Origin: Candidatus Latescibacterota bacterium
GTDB lineage: Bacteria; Latescibacterota; UBA2968; UBA8231
Length of the DNA: 64,000 nt
Assembly: GCA_965203175.1 (NCBI GenBank)
Contig: OZ241867.1
Location: 736,001-800,000 of the forward strand
Direction: 5' to 3'
Below, piece by piece: positions 29,041 through 38,249 of the stretch. Each line of letters opens with the position of its first letter. Within the stretch, counting starts at the first letter, position 1. The position numbers were made by a program, and so were the translations under genes. The notes beneath the pieces were generated by a model that saw nothing but the letters and a program-made list of their open reading frames with translations, was not told where the DNA came from and ran no database searches.

Positions 29041-30508
29041 CGCAGTAGTCATCGGCTCCGGGTTCGGCGGCTCACTGGTGGCCCACGCGCTGGTGCAAGC
29101 CGGGCTGAAGACCGCGCTGCTAGAGCGGGGCCAATGGGCCAAGCGCGATGCCGCCGACTGGGATCAGCGCACTATCCTGCTGCAAAAGCGCTACCGCTCG
29201 GCCTCGCCCCTTCTGATCAAGCAGTACGGACGCCGCACCTTCCAGCGCACCTATCCCAACGAGGTCGTCGGCGGCAACTCGGTCTTTTTCGGCGGGGCGT
29301 CGCTGCGGCTGCGTCCGGCGGACTTTGCCTGCTGGCCCTTGTCCTATGCAGACCTAGCGCCGTACTATGCCCGCGCCGAACAACTCCTCGGGGTCCACGG
29401 CGAGGTGGGTACCGATCCCTACCAACCCCCGGGGCTGGAGGCCTATCCGCGCCGCGCCGTTGAGCTGAGCGCGCCGGCCCAGCGCATTTACCAAGCGGGG
29501 ACAGACATAGGGCTACAACCGTTCAGGATCCCGCTGGCAATCAACTTTTCCGACCGCACCCGGCCCCTCTGCCTGCGCTGCATCACCTGCGATGGGTTCC
29601 CCTGCAAGGTAGAGGCTAAAAACGACATGGCTTCCACTGTGCTGGCCACTGCTTCGGCGGCCGGACTAGAGATCATCGTCGGCGCGGTAGCACAGCGGCT
29701 AGTGCAACGGAGCGGACGCGTCGAGCAGGTCGAATACGTGGACAGCACTTCCCGGCAGACCCACGCGCTCTCGGCCGACTTAGTGATCCTAGCCGCTGGG
29801 GCGCTCAACAGCCCGGCCCTGATGCTCCGCTCGGGATTCAACCACCCCCTGATTGGGCGCTTTCTCATGCGCCACTGCAACGGGATTGCCAATTGCATCT
29901 TTCCCTTTCGCACCAATCCGCAGCAGGTCTTCCACAAACAACTCTGCTTTTCCGATTTCTACGAAGACCTGCGCGCGGAATTGGGCACGGCCGTGGGCGT
30001 CATCCAAGACATCTACACGCCGGCTCCCCCCATCATCCGGCACCACGCCCCGTGGGGCTTCAAGACGCTCGTCGGGCTGCTGACTGGCTATATGCAGAAC
30101 TTGCTCTGCATTGCCGAGGACGATCCAAGCCGCGACAACCGCGTGTCACTGTCCAACGAGCAGGACATCTTCGGCATGGAACTGGTGCAGGTAGAGCACG
30201 CCTATAGCGACGCCGACTGTCGCCGCCGCGATTACCTGCTGGCCAAAGCAGAAGCCGTATTGCGCCAAGCAGGTGGTCTGCTGCGCTATCGCTACTTGAT
30301 CGATTCCTTCTCTCACGCCATAGGCACCCTGCGCTGCGCCACCGCGCCAGAAGAAGGCGTCCTCGACGTGGATTGCCGCTATTGGGGCAGCGAAAATCTC
30401 TACGTGTCCGACGGCAGCTTCATGCCCTCTTCGGGCGGGGTAAATCCGAGCTTGACCATTGCGGCCAACGCACTGCGGGTCGCCGAGCGGATCTTGGAGC
30501 AGCGATGA
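29021..30508 (+). CDS. GMC-family FAD oxidoreductase
   Basis: VIGSGFGG, VGGNS, CxxCxxC (CLRCITC), AAGALNSP, SHAIGT and VNPSLTIAANALR. Confidence 0.9.
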   Translation: MNAAHYDAVVIGSGFGGSLVAHALVQAGLKTALLERGQWAKRDAADWDQRTILLQKRYRSASPLLIKQYGRRTFQRTYPNEVVGGNSVFFGGASLRLRPADFACWPLSYADLAPYYARAEQLLGVHGEVGTDPYQPPGLEAYPRRAVELSAPAQRIYQAGTDIGLQPFRIPLAINFSDRTRPLCLRCITCDGFPCKVEAKNDMASTVLATASAAGLEIIVGAVAQRLVQRSGRVEQVEYVDSTSRQTHALSADLVILAAGALNSPALMLRSGFNHPLIGRFLMRHCNGIANCIFPFRTNPQQVFHKQLCFSDFYEDLRAELGTAVGVIQDIYTPAPPIIRHHAPWGFKTLVGLLTGYMQNLLCIAEDDPSRDNRVSLSNEQDIFGMELVQVEHAYSDADCRRRDYLLAKAEAVLRQAGGLLRYRYLIDSFSHAIGTLRCATAPEEGVLDVDCRYWGSENLYVSDGSFMPSSGGVNPSLTIAANALRVAERILEQR

Positions 30509-31440
30509 AAAAGGTCTGTCTAATAGGATGCGGCACCATCGGTCGCCTGCACGCGAAAAACCTCGTCGGCAAGGTCGAGCTATCCTTTCACAGCCGCACG
30601 CCGGCCAGCGCAGAGGCCCTCAGCCGCCAATGCGGCGGTGGGCAGATCTTCGCATCGTACGCCGACGTCCTCGACAGCGCAGTGGATGCGGTGCTAATCA
30701 GCTCGCCGCCAGATGCCCATCGGCCGCAGGTCGTCTCCGCATTGGCAGCCGGCAAGGGAGTGCTGGTGGAAAAACCGTTGTGCGCCACAGAAGACGATTT
30801 AGCGGCGATTGGCGCGGCATCAGCAGCCCATCCAGACGCACTGCTGATGATCGCGGAAAACTACTACTACAAGCCCTCGCTCAAGCTCCTCAAGTGGATC
30901 ATCCAACAGGATTTTATCGGCCAAGTGCAACAGGCGACCCTTGGCAAGTGCTTTACCCAGCAGGCCACGGGATGGAAAAGCAGCTATGGCGCACTGCTAG
31001 AGGGAGGGATCCACTTCGTGGCCCTCGGAGCAGACCTTTTCGCCGAGGCACCCCAGCGGGTGACTGCGGAGTTCCCCGGACACCAAGCGGGCGACCCGGA
31101 GCGGAATTCGGTAGTGCGGGTCGAATACCCATCGAGGGCCGAGCTAGTGTTGCGCTACGCTTGGAACGCCTTCAGCTTGACCAAGGGCACCTTTCAGCAC
31201 GCGCGGATTTTGGGGACTGAGGGGCGGATCGTCTTCGAGTGCAATGGGCTATACGTGCGGTTGCGGGGGCGGCGGAAGCGGCTCTACTTTCCGGGCATAG
31301 GGGACTTGATGGGCTACAAAGGCATGATGCAGGATTTCTTGCAGTGCTTGCAGGAGCCGGGGCGACAGCCGTATTCGAACTTGGCTCGGGCTGAGCGAGA
31401 CCTAGGCATTGTATTTACAGCGTATAAAGGATTGAAATAA
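30505..31440 (+). CDS. Gfo/Idh/MocA oxidoreductase
   Basis: ATGA overlap with the GMC stop. LIGCGTIG, VLVEKP and GALLEGGIH. Confidence 0.9.
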   Translation: MKKVCLIGCGTIGRLHAKNLVGKVELSFHSRTPASAEALSRQCGGGQIFASYADVLDSAVDAVLISSPPDAHRPQVVSALAAGKGVLVEKPLCATEDDLAAIGAASAAHPDALLMIAENYYYKPSLKLLKWIIQQDFIGQVQQATLGKCFTQQATGWKSSYGALLEGGIHFVALGADLFAEAPQRVTAEFPGHQAGDPERNSVVRVEYPSRAELVLRYAWNAFSLTKGTFQHARILGTEGRIVFECNGLYVRLRGRRKRLYFPGIGDLMGYKGMMQDFLQCLQEPGRQPYSNLARAERDLGIVFTAYKGLK

Positions 31441-31441
31441 C

Positions 31442-33124
31442 ATGAGCGAAGCGGAAAAAATCATCTATTCGATGTACAAGGTGAGCAAGCACTACAACCG
31501 GAAGGCGATTATCACCGACATTTCACTGTCGTACTTCTACGGGGCCAAGATCGGCGTGTTAGGCTTGAATGGGTCGGGGAAGAGCACGCTGTTGCGGATT
31601 ATGGCGGGCATCGACGGCGAGTACGAGGGGACCATTAGCATCCAGCCGGGATTTACCGTCGGATTCCTGGAACAGGAGCCCGAGTTAGAAAAAGGCAAGA
31701 CGGTCAAGGAGATCGTCGAGGAAGGGGTACAGGAGACCGTGGATTTGCTGCGCGAGTACGAGGACATCAACGCCCAGTTCGCCGAGCCTATGGACGACGA
31801 CGCCATGAACGCCTTGATCGAGCGGCAGGCCACCGTGGCCGAACAACTCGACGCAGCCGGAGCCTGGGATCTGGACAGTCGGTTAGATATGGCCATGGAC
31901 GCCTTGCGCTGTCCGCCCGAAGACCAGGAAGTCTCCACGCTTTCGGGCGGCGAGCGGCGGCGGGTGGCGCTGTGTCGGTTGTTGCTCCGCCAGCCGGATA
32001 TTCTGCTCCTCGACGAGCCGACCAACCACCTCGACGCCGAGACGGTGGCGTGGCTGGAGGGGCATTTGCATCAGTACCAGGGGACGGTGATCGCCGTCAC
32101 CCACGACCGGTATTTTCTCGACAATGTGGCGGGCTGGATTCTGGAGCTGGATCAGGGACATGGCGTACCGTGGAAGGGGAATTACTCGTCGTGGCTAGAG
32201 CAGAAAAAGGAGCGCCTGCGGCTAGAAGAAAAAAGCGAGAGCGAAAGACAGCGGACGCTGGAGCGCGAACTGGAATGGATTCGCATGACGCCAAGGGCCA
32301 AGCAACAGAAGAACAAGGCCCGGATCAGGGCCTACGAGGAACTGCTAAATCAGGATCGAGTGCAGCGGAACGAGGAGGTGCAGCTCTACATTCCGCCGGG
32401 GCCGCGGCTGGGCGATATCGCCATTGAGGCCAAAGGCGTGAGCAAGCGCTACGGCGACCGCATTATCTTCGAGAACATGGATTTCGCGCTGCCCTCGGGC
32501 GGGATCGTCGGAGTCATCGGACCCAACGGCGCGGGCAAGACGACCCTGTTCCGGCTGATTACCGGCCAAGAGACCACCGACAGCGGCCAGCTCCACATCG
32601 GCGAGACCGTGCAACTGGGATATGTAGATCAGAGCCGGGAAACCCTGGTAGGGGAAAACACGGTCTGGCAGGAAGTCTCGGGCGGCGAGGAAGAGCTTGA
32701 GCTGGGCGAGCGCAAGGTAAATTCGCGGGCGTACCTCGCGCGCTTCAACTTCCTCGGTGCCGACCAACAGCAAAAGGTGGGTACGCTCTCTGGCGGACAG
32801 CGCAATCGGGTGCATCTGGCCAAGGTGCTCAAAGAGCAGGCCAATGTATTCCTACTCGACGAGCCGACCAACGACCTAGACGTGCATACGCTGCGCGCAT
32901 TAGAGGAGGGGTTGGAAAACTTCGCTGGCTGCGTGGTAGTCATCAGCCACGACCGGTGGTTTTTAGACCGCATCGCCACGCACATTCTAGCGTTTGAGGG
33001 CGACAGCCAAGTCTATTGGTTCGAGGGCAACTTTTCGGAGTACGAGGAAAACAAGAAGGCGCGGCTAGGCGAGGATTCCGTCGTGCCTCAGCGAGTCCGC
33101 TACCGCCAACTGACGCGGGACTAA
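31442..33124 (+). CDS. ettA: Energy-dependent translational throttle protein (ABC-F)
   Basis: GAKIGVLGLNGSGKST, LSGGERRR, LERELEWIR, IPPGPRLG and two ABC domains. Confidence 0.95.
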   Translation: MSEAEKIIYSMYKVSKHYNRKAIITDISLSYFYGAKIGVLGLNGSGKSTLLRIMAGIDGEYEGTISIQPGFTVGFLEQEPELEKGKTVKEIVEEGVQETVDLLREYEDINAQFAEPMDDDAMNALIERQATVAEQLDAAGAWDLDSRLDMAMDALRCPPEDQEVSTLSGGERRRVALCRLLLRQPDILLLDEPTNHLDAETVAWLEGHLHQYQGTVIAVTHDRYFLDNVAGWILELDQGHGVPWKGNYSSWLEQKKERLRLEEKSESERQRTLERELEWIRMTPRAKQQKNKARIRAYEELLNQDRVQRNEEVQLYIPPGPRLGDIAIEAKGVSKRYGDRIIFENMDFALPSGGIVGVIGPNGAGKTTLFRLITGQETTDSGQLHIGETVQLGYVDQSRETLVGENTVWQEVSGGEEELELGERKVNSRAYLARFNFLGADQQQKVGTLSGGQRNRVHLAKVLKEQANVFLLDEPTNDLDVHTLRALEEGLENFAGCVVVISHDRWFLDRIATHILAFEGDSQVYWFEGNFSEYEENKKARLGEDSVVPQRVRYRQLTRD

Positions 33125-33143
33125 TTCTGTAGTTCACCACCGC

Positions 33144-34466
33144 TTACATACTATGCAGCGCGCTCTCGACCCTATTGAGCGCTTCGTCGATATCGTCCAA
33201 GGTGTGCTGGGCTGACACGCCGTGGTGGCCGGCGACGAGCGTGCCGTAGTCGTGGAAATAGACCCCTTTGTTGGCGCAGACGCGGATGAATTGCCCGGCC
33301 ATCTCCTGATCGCGGTTGAGGCTATCGTCAAACCGCTCGACCGGATCGGTGAAGCCGAAGAAGATGCCGAAACGCGCACCCAGCCCCTGCACCCGGGCGG
33401 GCACGCCAGCGCGCTCAAACAGTCCGGCCAAACCGTCGCAGAACCGACCTCCAGCTTCATAGATGTGATCGTAAAACCCCGGACTAGTCAGCTCGTTGAC
33501 GGTAGCCAGCGCTGTCATGACGGCCGGCGGGCTGCCGGTGAAGGTCCCACTCTGGGCCACCTCGCCAAGCGGTCCCACCTGGTCCATGATTTCGGCTTTG
33601 CCAGCGATGACGGTGAGCGGAGCGCCAGCGGCGACCGCCTTGCCCAAAACGCAAACATCCGGAGTGACGCCGTAGTACCCCTGCGCGCAGTCGGGCCCAG
33701 TGCGGAAGGCCGAGAGCACCTCGTCGTATATGAGGACGATATCGTGGGCACTGGCTTGGTCGCGGACGAACTGCATGTACTCGGTGTCGGCGACGATGCA
33801 ACCTTGGTTGTAATTGATCGGCTCCATGATGATGCCGCCGATCTCGTCGCCGTGCTCGCGCAGCGCTCTTTCCAAGGCGGCCTCGTCCTTCCACGGCACG
33901 ACGATGATGAGGTCGTCCATCTGCGGAGGCATGCCCGCAGACTCACCACAAGGTTCGACGTAGCTGCCCGGAGTCACCGGCGTCAACGGCGTGTGCGCAT
34001 TGAACATGACGTAGTCGTAAAGACCGTGAAAGTGCCCCCAGAATTTGAGAATCTTGTGCTTGCCGGTATGGGCGCGAGCCAAGCGAACACAGACCATCGT
34101 CGCCTCTGAGCCGGTATTGCCGTAGCGAACGCGCTCGGCGCAGGGGACGATCTCGGTGATCCGCCGCGCCAAGTCAGTATGTGCTTCGGTTTCGTAGCCG
34201 GAGAGAATGCCCGCGTCCACTGCCGCGGTCATGGCCTCGCGCGTTGCCGGGTGGTTGTAGCCCAAAAACGCGGCTCCGTGGGCCAAGTTGAAATCGATGT
34301 ACTCCTTGCCATCGACATCGTAGATGCGGCAGCCCTCGGCATTGCGCAGGTAGAGGGCGTACCCCAGGCATGGGTTGTGCCGTGCCGAAGCGCCGACGCC
34401 TCCCGGCAAGTAGCGCTTGGCTTCGGCTCTGAGATCACTCTGTGACATCGTCTGTATCGTGGACAT
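33144..34466 (-). CDS. Class III aminotransferase (glutamate-1-semialdehyde aminomutase-like)
   Basis: LPGGV, DVDGKEYIDF, NTGSEA, GHFHG, LIYDEV, LGKAV and SGTFTG. Start taken at ATG 34466. Confidence 0.85.
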   Translation of the reverse strand: MSTIQTMSQSDLRAEAKRYLPGGVGASARHNPCLGYALYLRNAEGCRIYDVDGKEYIDFNLAHGAAFLGYNHPATREAMTAAVDAGILSGYETEAHTDLARRITEIVPCAERVRYGNTGSEATMVCVRLARAHTGKHKILKFWGHFHGLYDYVMFNAHTPLTPVTPGSYVEPCGESAGMPPQMDDLIIVVPWKDEAALERALREHGDEIGGIIMEPINYNQGCIVADTEYMQFVRDQASAHDIVLIYDEVLSAFRTGPDCAQGYYGVTPDVCVLGKAVAAGAPLTVIAGKAEIMDQVGPLGEVAQSGTFTGSPPAVMTALATVNELTSPGFYDHIYEAGGRFCDGLAGLFERAGVPARVQGLGARFGIFFGFTDPVERFDDSLNRDQEMAGQFIRVCANKGVYFHDYGTLVAGHHGVSAQHTLDDIDEALNRVESALHSM

Positions 34467-34537
34467 CGCTGTTCGTTCCTTTGTGAAGATAGACTGGTCC
34501 TTTCGCTGTTCCATTATTGTCCTTTTTAATCGCACAA

Positions 34538-34664
34538 GTCAAGACGCCTTGCCCGAATGACCTTGTGAAGTACCATCCAAAAAGGCAAGTATGCTAATCT
34601 TTTTGTCAAATATACTTGACATTACAATTTTTTAGATTATGTTCTTTAGTAAAGCAAGCTTTAC
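34538..34664. promoter_or_regulatory. Three operator-like palindromes around a sigma70-like promoter
   Basis: GTCAAGACGCCTTGCC (34538), GTCAAATATACTTGAC (34605) and GTAAAGCAAGCTTTAC (34649). TTGACA 34616 - N16 - TATGTT. Confidence 0.6.
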
Positions 34665-34687
34665 TTTATGCAAAGGACAGCAGACTT

Positions 34688-35107
34688 ATGGAGAAGCCAA
34701 TGGTCAATTTGAGTTGTCTTACTAGCGGCAGTGCAAAAAACACAATTCGTTTTCTTTGTTGGACCCTTGCTTGGTCAATGACGATGGTGTTGGCCGACAA
34801 AGCGATATTATACGAATGGCATTCCTCTGCTTTGATCTCCGCTATCGCAATTGTCCTCAACGCGGGCATCGGCATCGGCATGATCCTGTCGTATTTGCGC
34901 CATCTGAAATACATGGATGAGCTACAGCGCAAAATCCAACTCGATGCACTGGCTATAGCTATGGGCGTCGCGCTCGTCGGCAGTTTTAGTTATTCGCTGA
35001 TGGTAACTGCAAAATTCATAACGGATGCAGAAGTCTCAGATATCATTTTGCTGATGACGTTTACATTCGTGGTCTCCGTTATCGTTGGCCATATCCGCTA
35101 CCGATGA
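34688..35107 (+). CDS. Small membrane protein typically paired with an XRE regulator
   Basis: Four TM segments and MDELQRKIQLDALA motif. ATGA overlap with the HTH gene. Confidence 0.75.
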   Translation: MEKPMVNLSCLTSGSAKNTIRFLCWTLAWSMTMVLADKAILYEWHSSALISAIAIVLNAGIGIGMILSYLRHLKYMDELQRKIQLDALAIAMGVALVGSFSYSLMVTAKFITDAEVSDIILLMTFTFVVSVIVGHIRYR

Positions 35108-35307
35108 AAAACCGCCTAAAGGTGTTGCGCGCCGAGCGCGACTGGACCCAGGCCGATCTCGCGGAGCGTCTGGAGGTCTCGCGGCAAACGGTGAACGCCC
35201 TAGAAAAGGGCAAATACGACCCCAGTCTGCCGCTGGCATTTAAGATCGCCCACGTGTTTTCCGCGCCGATCGAAGCAATCTTTATACACGAGACGGAAGT
35301 CAGTTGA
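35104..35307 (+). CDS. XRE-family HTH transcriptional regulator
   Basis: MKNRLKVLRAERDWTQADLAERLEVSRQTVNALEKGKYDPSLPLAF. Confidence 0.95.
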   Translation: MKNRLKVLRAERDWTQADLAERLEVSRQTVNALEKGKYDPSLPLAFKIAHVFSAPIEAIFIHETEVS

Positions 35308-35437
35308 CGCGGGATTAAATTGCACCGCAAAACCTTGCTCCTGTTCTCATTCTAATGTACCGTACACATTAGGACCATATGGCAGAATGTATCTGACTAC
35401 GACTTTTCCTGATGGAGCGGCGTAGCCTCCCTTCACC

Positions 35438-35644
35438 GTGCATACAGAACGCGAAAATACCTTGGACGACACCGAGCGGCTGCAACTCGCCCGCCAAGCC
35501 TTTGCCGACAACTACGCCCGCTGTTTCTGGTATATGCGCCGCGACTTGGAAATAGGCGTCGAAGATATACCCGAGATCGCCCGCGGCTTGCGCCTGCACG
35601 GAGGTCGGCAGGGATTTATTCTGGCCGCCCGCCTATGCCCCTAA
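35438..35644 (+). CDS. Small hypothetical protein, candidate antitoxin
   Basis: 68 aa ORF (RCFWY motif) overlapping the start of the nucleotidyltransferase gene. Confidence 0.55.
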   Translation: MHTERENTLDDTERLQLARQAFADNYARCFWYMRRDLEIGVEDIPEIARGLRLHGGRQGFILAARLCP

Positions 35645-36426
35645 GCGCGTTTCAGCAATCCATCCTGCGCTTGTTAGCGCAAAACCGCAGCCCAGAAAGC
35701 TATGTAGCTGGTGCTACGGTCCTGCACCAAATTCCCGACAGTCCGCGTTTTTCCGATGACCTAGATATGTTCCACGACGCGGAAGACAGCGTCGCGCGGA
35801 GTGCCGCGTTCGACGTTGCCGTCCTAGACGCGAATGGCTTTGCGATCGAATGGATTTTGCGGCAGCCAGCCTATCTCAGGGCCATCGCGGCGAAGGAAGG
35901 GCAGTCCCTTAGATTGGAGTGGGCTCAGGATTCCGCTTTCCGCTTCTTTCCCGTTGAACAAGACGAACTATGCGGCTACCGCCTGCACCGGGCCGACGCG
36001 GCCACCAACAAGGTGTTGGCTTTGGCCGGACGCCGGGAGGCGCGCGATTTCATCGACGTTCTGCACTTGGACAGCAGCTATCTCTCGTTAGGAGCGCTGT
36101 GTTGGGCAGCCTGTGGGAAAGATCAGGGCTATACGCCGGATTTCTTGCTCAACCAATTGAATCGCAACGCGGCTTTTACCCAAGAGGAAATCCAGCGACT
36201 AGACTTGGCGATCCCCCAGAAGCTACCGGATCTGAAGCGTCAGTGGTGCGCGGCAATGGAGCGGGCCGGTAGATTGCTGACCGCACTGCCTGCGAACGAA
36301 GTGGGTTGCCTCTATCTGGACAGACAACAGTCCGCTCCTGTGCAACCCGACCCAACACACGAGGCATTTGCCTCATTGCAACGACATTTTGGGTCCGTGC
36401 GCGGAGCCTGGCCTACGATCTGTTGA
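35635..36426 (+). CDS. AbiEii/AbiGii-like nucleotidyltransferase toxin
   Basis: YVAGATVL, RFSDDLDMF and NKVLAL.GRREARDFID. Confidence 0.75.
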   Translation: MPLSAFQQSILRLLAQNRSPESYVAGATVLHQIPDSPRFSDDLDMFHDAEDSVARSAAFDVAVLDANGFAIEWILRQPAYLRAIAAKEGQSLRLEWAQDSAFRFFPVEQDELCGYRLHRADAATNKVLALAGRREARDFIDVLHLDSSYLSLGALCWAACGKDQGYTPDFLLNQLNRNAAFTQEEIQRLDLAIPQKLPDLKRQWCAAMERAGRLLTALPANEVGCLYLDRQQSAPVQPDPTHEAFASLQRHFGSVRGAWPTIC

Positions 36427-36558
36427 ACGGAGCTTCTTTGTCAAAACAGACGATCTCTGAAACTGGACAGAAATAGGTAGTGGGGTATTATGAAAAAAGG
36501 CGGACATAAACACACTTGTTTTATGGGCCTAATCTTGATCGTCTAGGACGATCGGGCT

Positions 36559-37095
36559 TTATGGGCCGAGGCCGCCTCTTCTCCCGAGTACTAAGCTCAA
36601 CCCGATCTCGTTGTAGTTGCCATCAACCCATCGGCTGTAATCAATCTTGACCTGCCAGACAAAGGGTCGCTCTTTCATCGTCTGGTAGCCCAATCCAATT
36701 CCCACAGTGGCATCTTTATCCCCACTGGGAAAGTATCCACCTATTTCCCCCTCTATATAATACCCATCTTGGTTATGCCCTCGCGGGTAATAGGACACGA
36801 TCCCTCCTAGCTTCCGATACCAGGGGTTGGGATAGTCGTCATTACTCCAGGTATAACCCAAGTAGGCATAGGGGCCAAAAGCGGCGTATTGGCTAGGGAA
36901 CCACTTGAGGTAGAGCGCGCGTGTCGAAGGTATGCTTATGGTGATAAATCGGCTATCCTTATCTGCAAGAGACGATACAACACCAAACTGCGCCCCCAGT
37001 TCAAAAGAAAAAGCCGCAAGGGGCCAGCCAAAAACAAGAAGGCTTCCAACACAAAGCTTAGTACACCAGTTCTCTCCAGTAATCCGACGGATCAT
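36559..37095 (-). CDS. Hypothetical exported beta-strand-rich protein in a low-GC patch
   Basis: 178 aa ORF with a signal-like N-terminus and aromatic beta strands. Confidence 0.5.
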   Translation of the reverse strand: MIRRITGENWCTKLCVGSLLVFGWPLAAFSFELGAQFGVVSSLADKDSRFITISIPSTRALYLKWFPSQYAAFGPYAYLGYTWSNDDYPNPWYRKLGGIVSYYPRGHNQDGYYIEGEIGGYFPSGDKDATVGIGLGYQTMKERPFVWQVKIDYSRWVDGNYNEIGLSLVLGRRGGLGP

Positions 37096-37362
37096 CTATC
37101 CATCTCCAGTAATGGATTTGGGTGACCGTAATATCACGACCGTCAAAAGGCTCTGCAAATCGGTTGCACTCTTGGTCTGCTTAGCTTTTGCTTCTTCCGC
37201 ACCGGGCGTGATAGTGCTTGATTTTGTTTCAAACCCACTGGTAGGTGTTGCAGCAGGTGTCGTAGCCGGACATGTGGGGTCTGAGTATGTAGGACTTAGA
37301 CCAATAATGCCGGTAGTAGGTTCCTTTGAAATCTAGTCGTTGCTGAGTGACTCACTACCATA

Positions 37363-37401
37363 GAATAACCCCCGATGCAGGTCGAGCACCGGGGGCTATT
37401 C
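37363..37401 (-). terminator. Hairpin downstream of coxM
   Basis: GAATAACCCCCG...CGGGGGCTATTC inverted repeat. Confidence 0.55.
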
Positions 37402-37420
37402 CTGTTAGGTACGATGGCAC

Positions 37421-38236
37421 TCAGGCGATGGCCGCAAGCGCCTTGCGGGCGAAAACCTTGGCCAAGTGACGGCGGTACTCTTCGCCAGCAAAGTGGTCGG
37501 CGAGTACCTCCTGTCCGTCGGCCGCCTGTGCAGCGGCAGCAGCGATCGATTCCTCGCTCAAGCCGCCGCTGAGGGCCTCTTCAACCCCACTATCGCGGAA
37601 GGCCGCATTGGCCACGCCCGTAAAGGCCACCTTCACCGCGCCTCCGGCCGAGGCGACAGCGCAGCCCACCACGGCAAAGCGCGAGGCTGGATGCGGAAAC
37701 TTGACATACGCCGACTTGTCCGCAGCCGAAACTCGCACCTCAGTGATGATCTCATCCGGCGCGAGCGCGGTCAAAAACAGATCGATGAAAAACTCGTCGG
37801 CCGGAATCGAACGCCCGCCGTCGGGTCCCCTGACGACAATCTCAGCCCCCAACGCCAAAATCGCAGCCGGGTAGTCAGCCGCCGGATCGGCGTGGGCCAA
37901 GGACCCGCCAATAGTGCCCTTGTTGCGCACTTGCGGATCGCCGATGACCGAAGCAGCTTGGGCCAAGGCCGAGGCATTGGCACTCACCAAGTCCGAGGAC
38001 GCAATCTGCTGGTGGGTAGTAGTCGCACCAATAGCAATGGTGCCGCCGTCCTCTCTGATGTAGTTGAGCTCGGCGATCCGGCCAATGTCGATCAGCGCGC
38101 CCGGTGACGACAGGCGCAGCTTCATGGCCGGCAACAGGCTGTGGCCGCCAGCTAAGAGCTTGGCGTCGTCCGAGAGGAGCTCAATCGCCTCATCTACTGA
38201 AGAGGGACGATGATAGTCAAACGCGACAGGTATCAT
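37421..38236 (-). CDS. coxM: Mo-hydroxylase FAD-binding medium subunit
   Basis: LLAGGHSLLP.MKLRL, IGDPQVRNKGTIGGS and DPAAD. Confidence 0.9.
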   Translation of the reverse strand: MIPVAFDYHRPSSVDEAIELLSDDAKLLAGGHSLLPAMKLRLSSPGALIDIGRIAELNYIREDGGTIAIGATTTHQQIASSDLVSANASALAQAASVIGDPQVRNKGTIGGSLAHADPAADYPAAILALGAEIVVRGPDGGRSIPADEFFIDLFLTALAPDEIITEVRVSAADKSAYVKFPHPASRFAVVGCAVASAGGAVKVAFTGVANAAFRDSGVEEALSGGLSEESIAAAAAQAADGQEVLADHFAGEEYRRHLAKVFARKALAAIA

Positions 38237-38249
38237 GGTCGTCTTCTCC

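Noticed and set aside
36932-37336. 134-aa plus-strand ORF
   Set aside because: It overlaps the minus-strand gene, has no RBS or motif, and other frames are interrupted. The region is probably decayed DNA.
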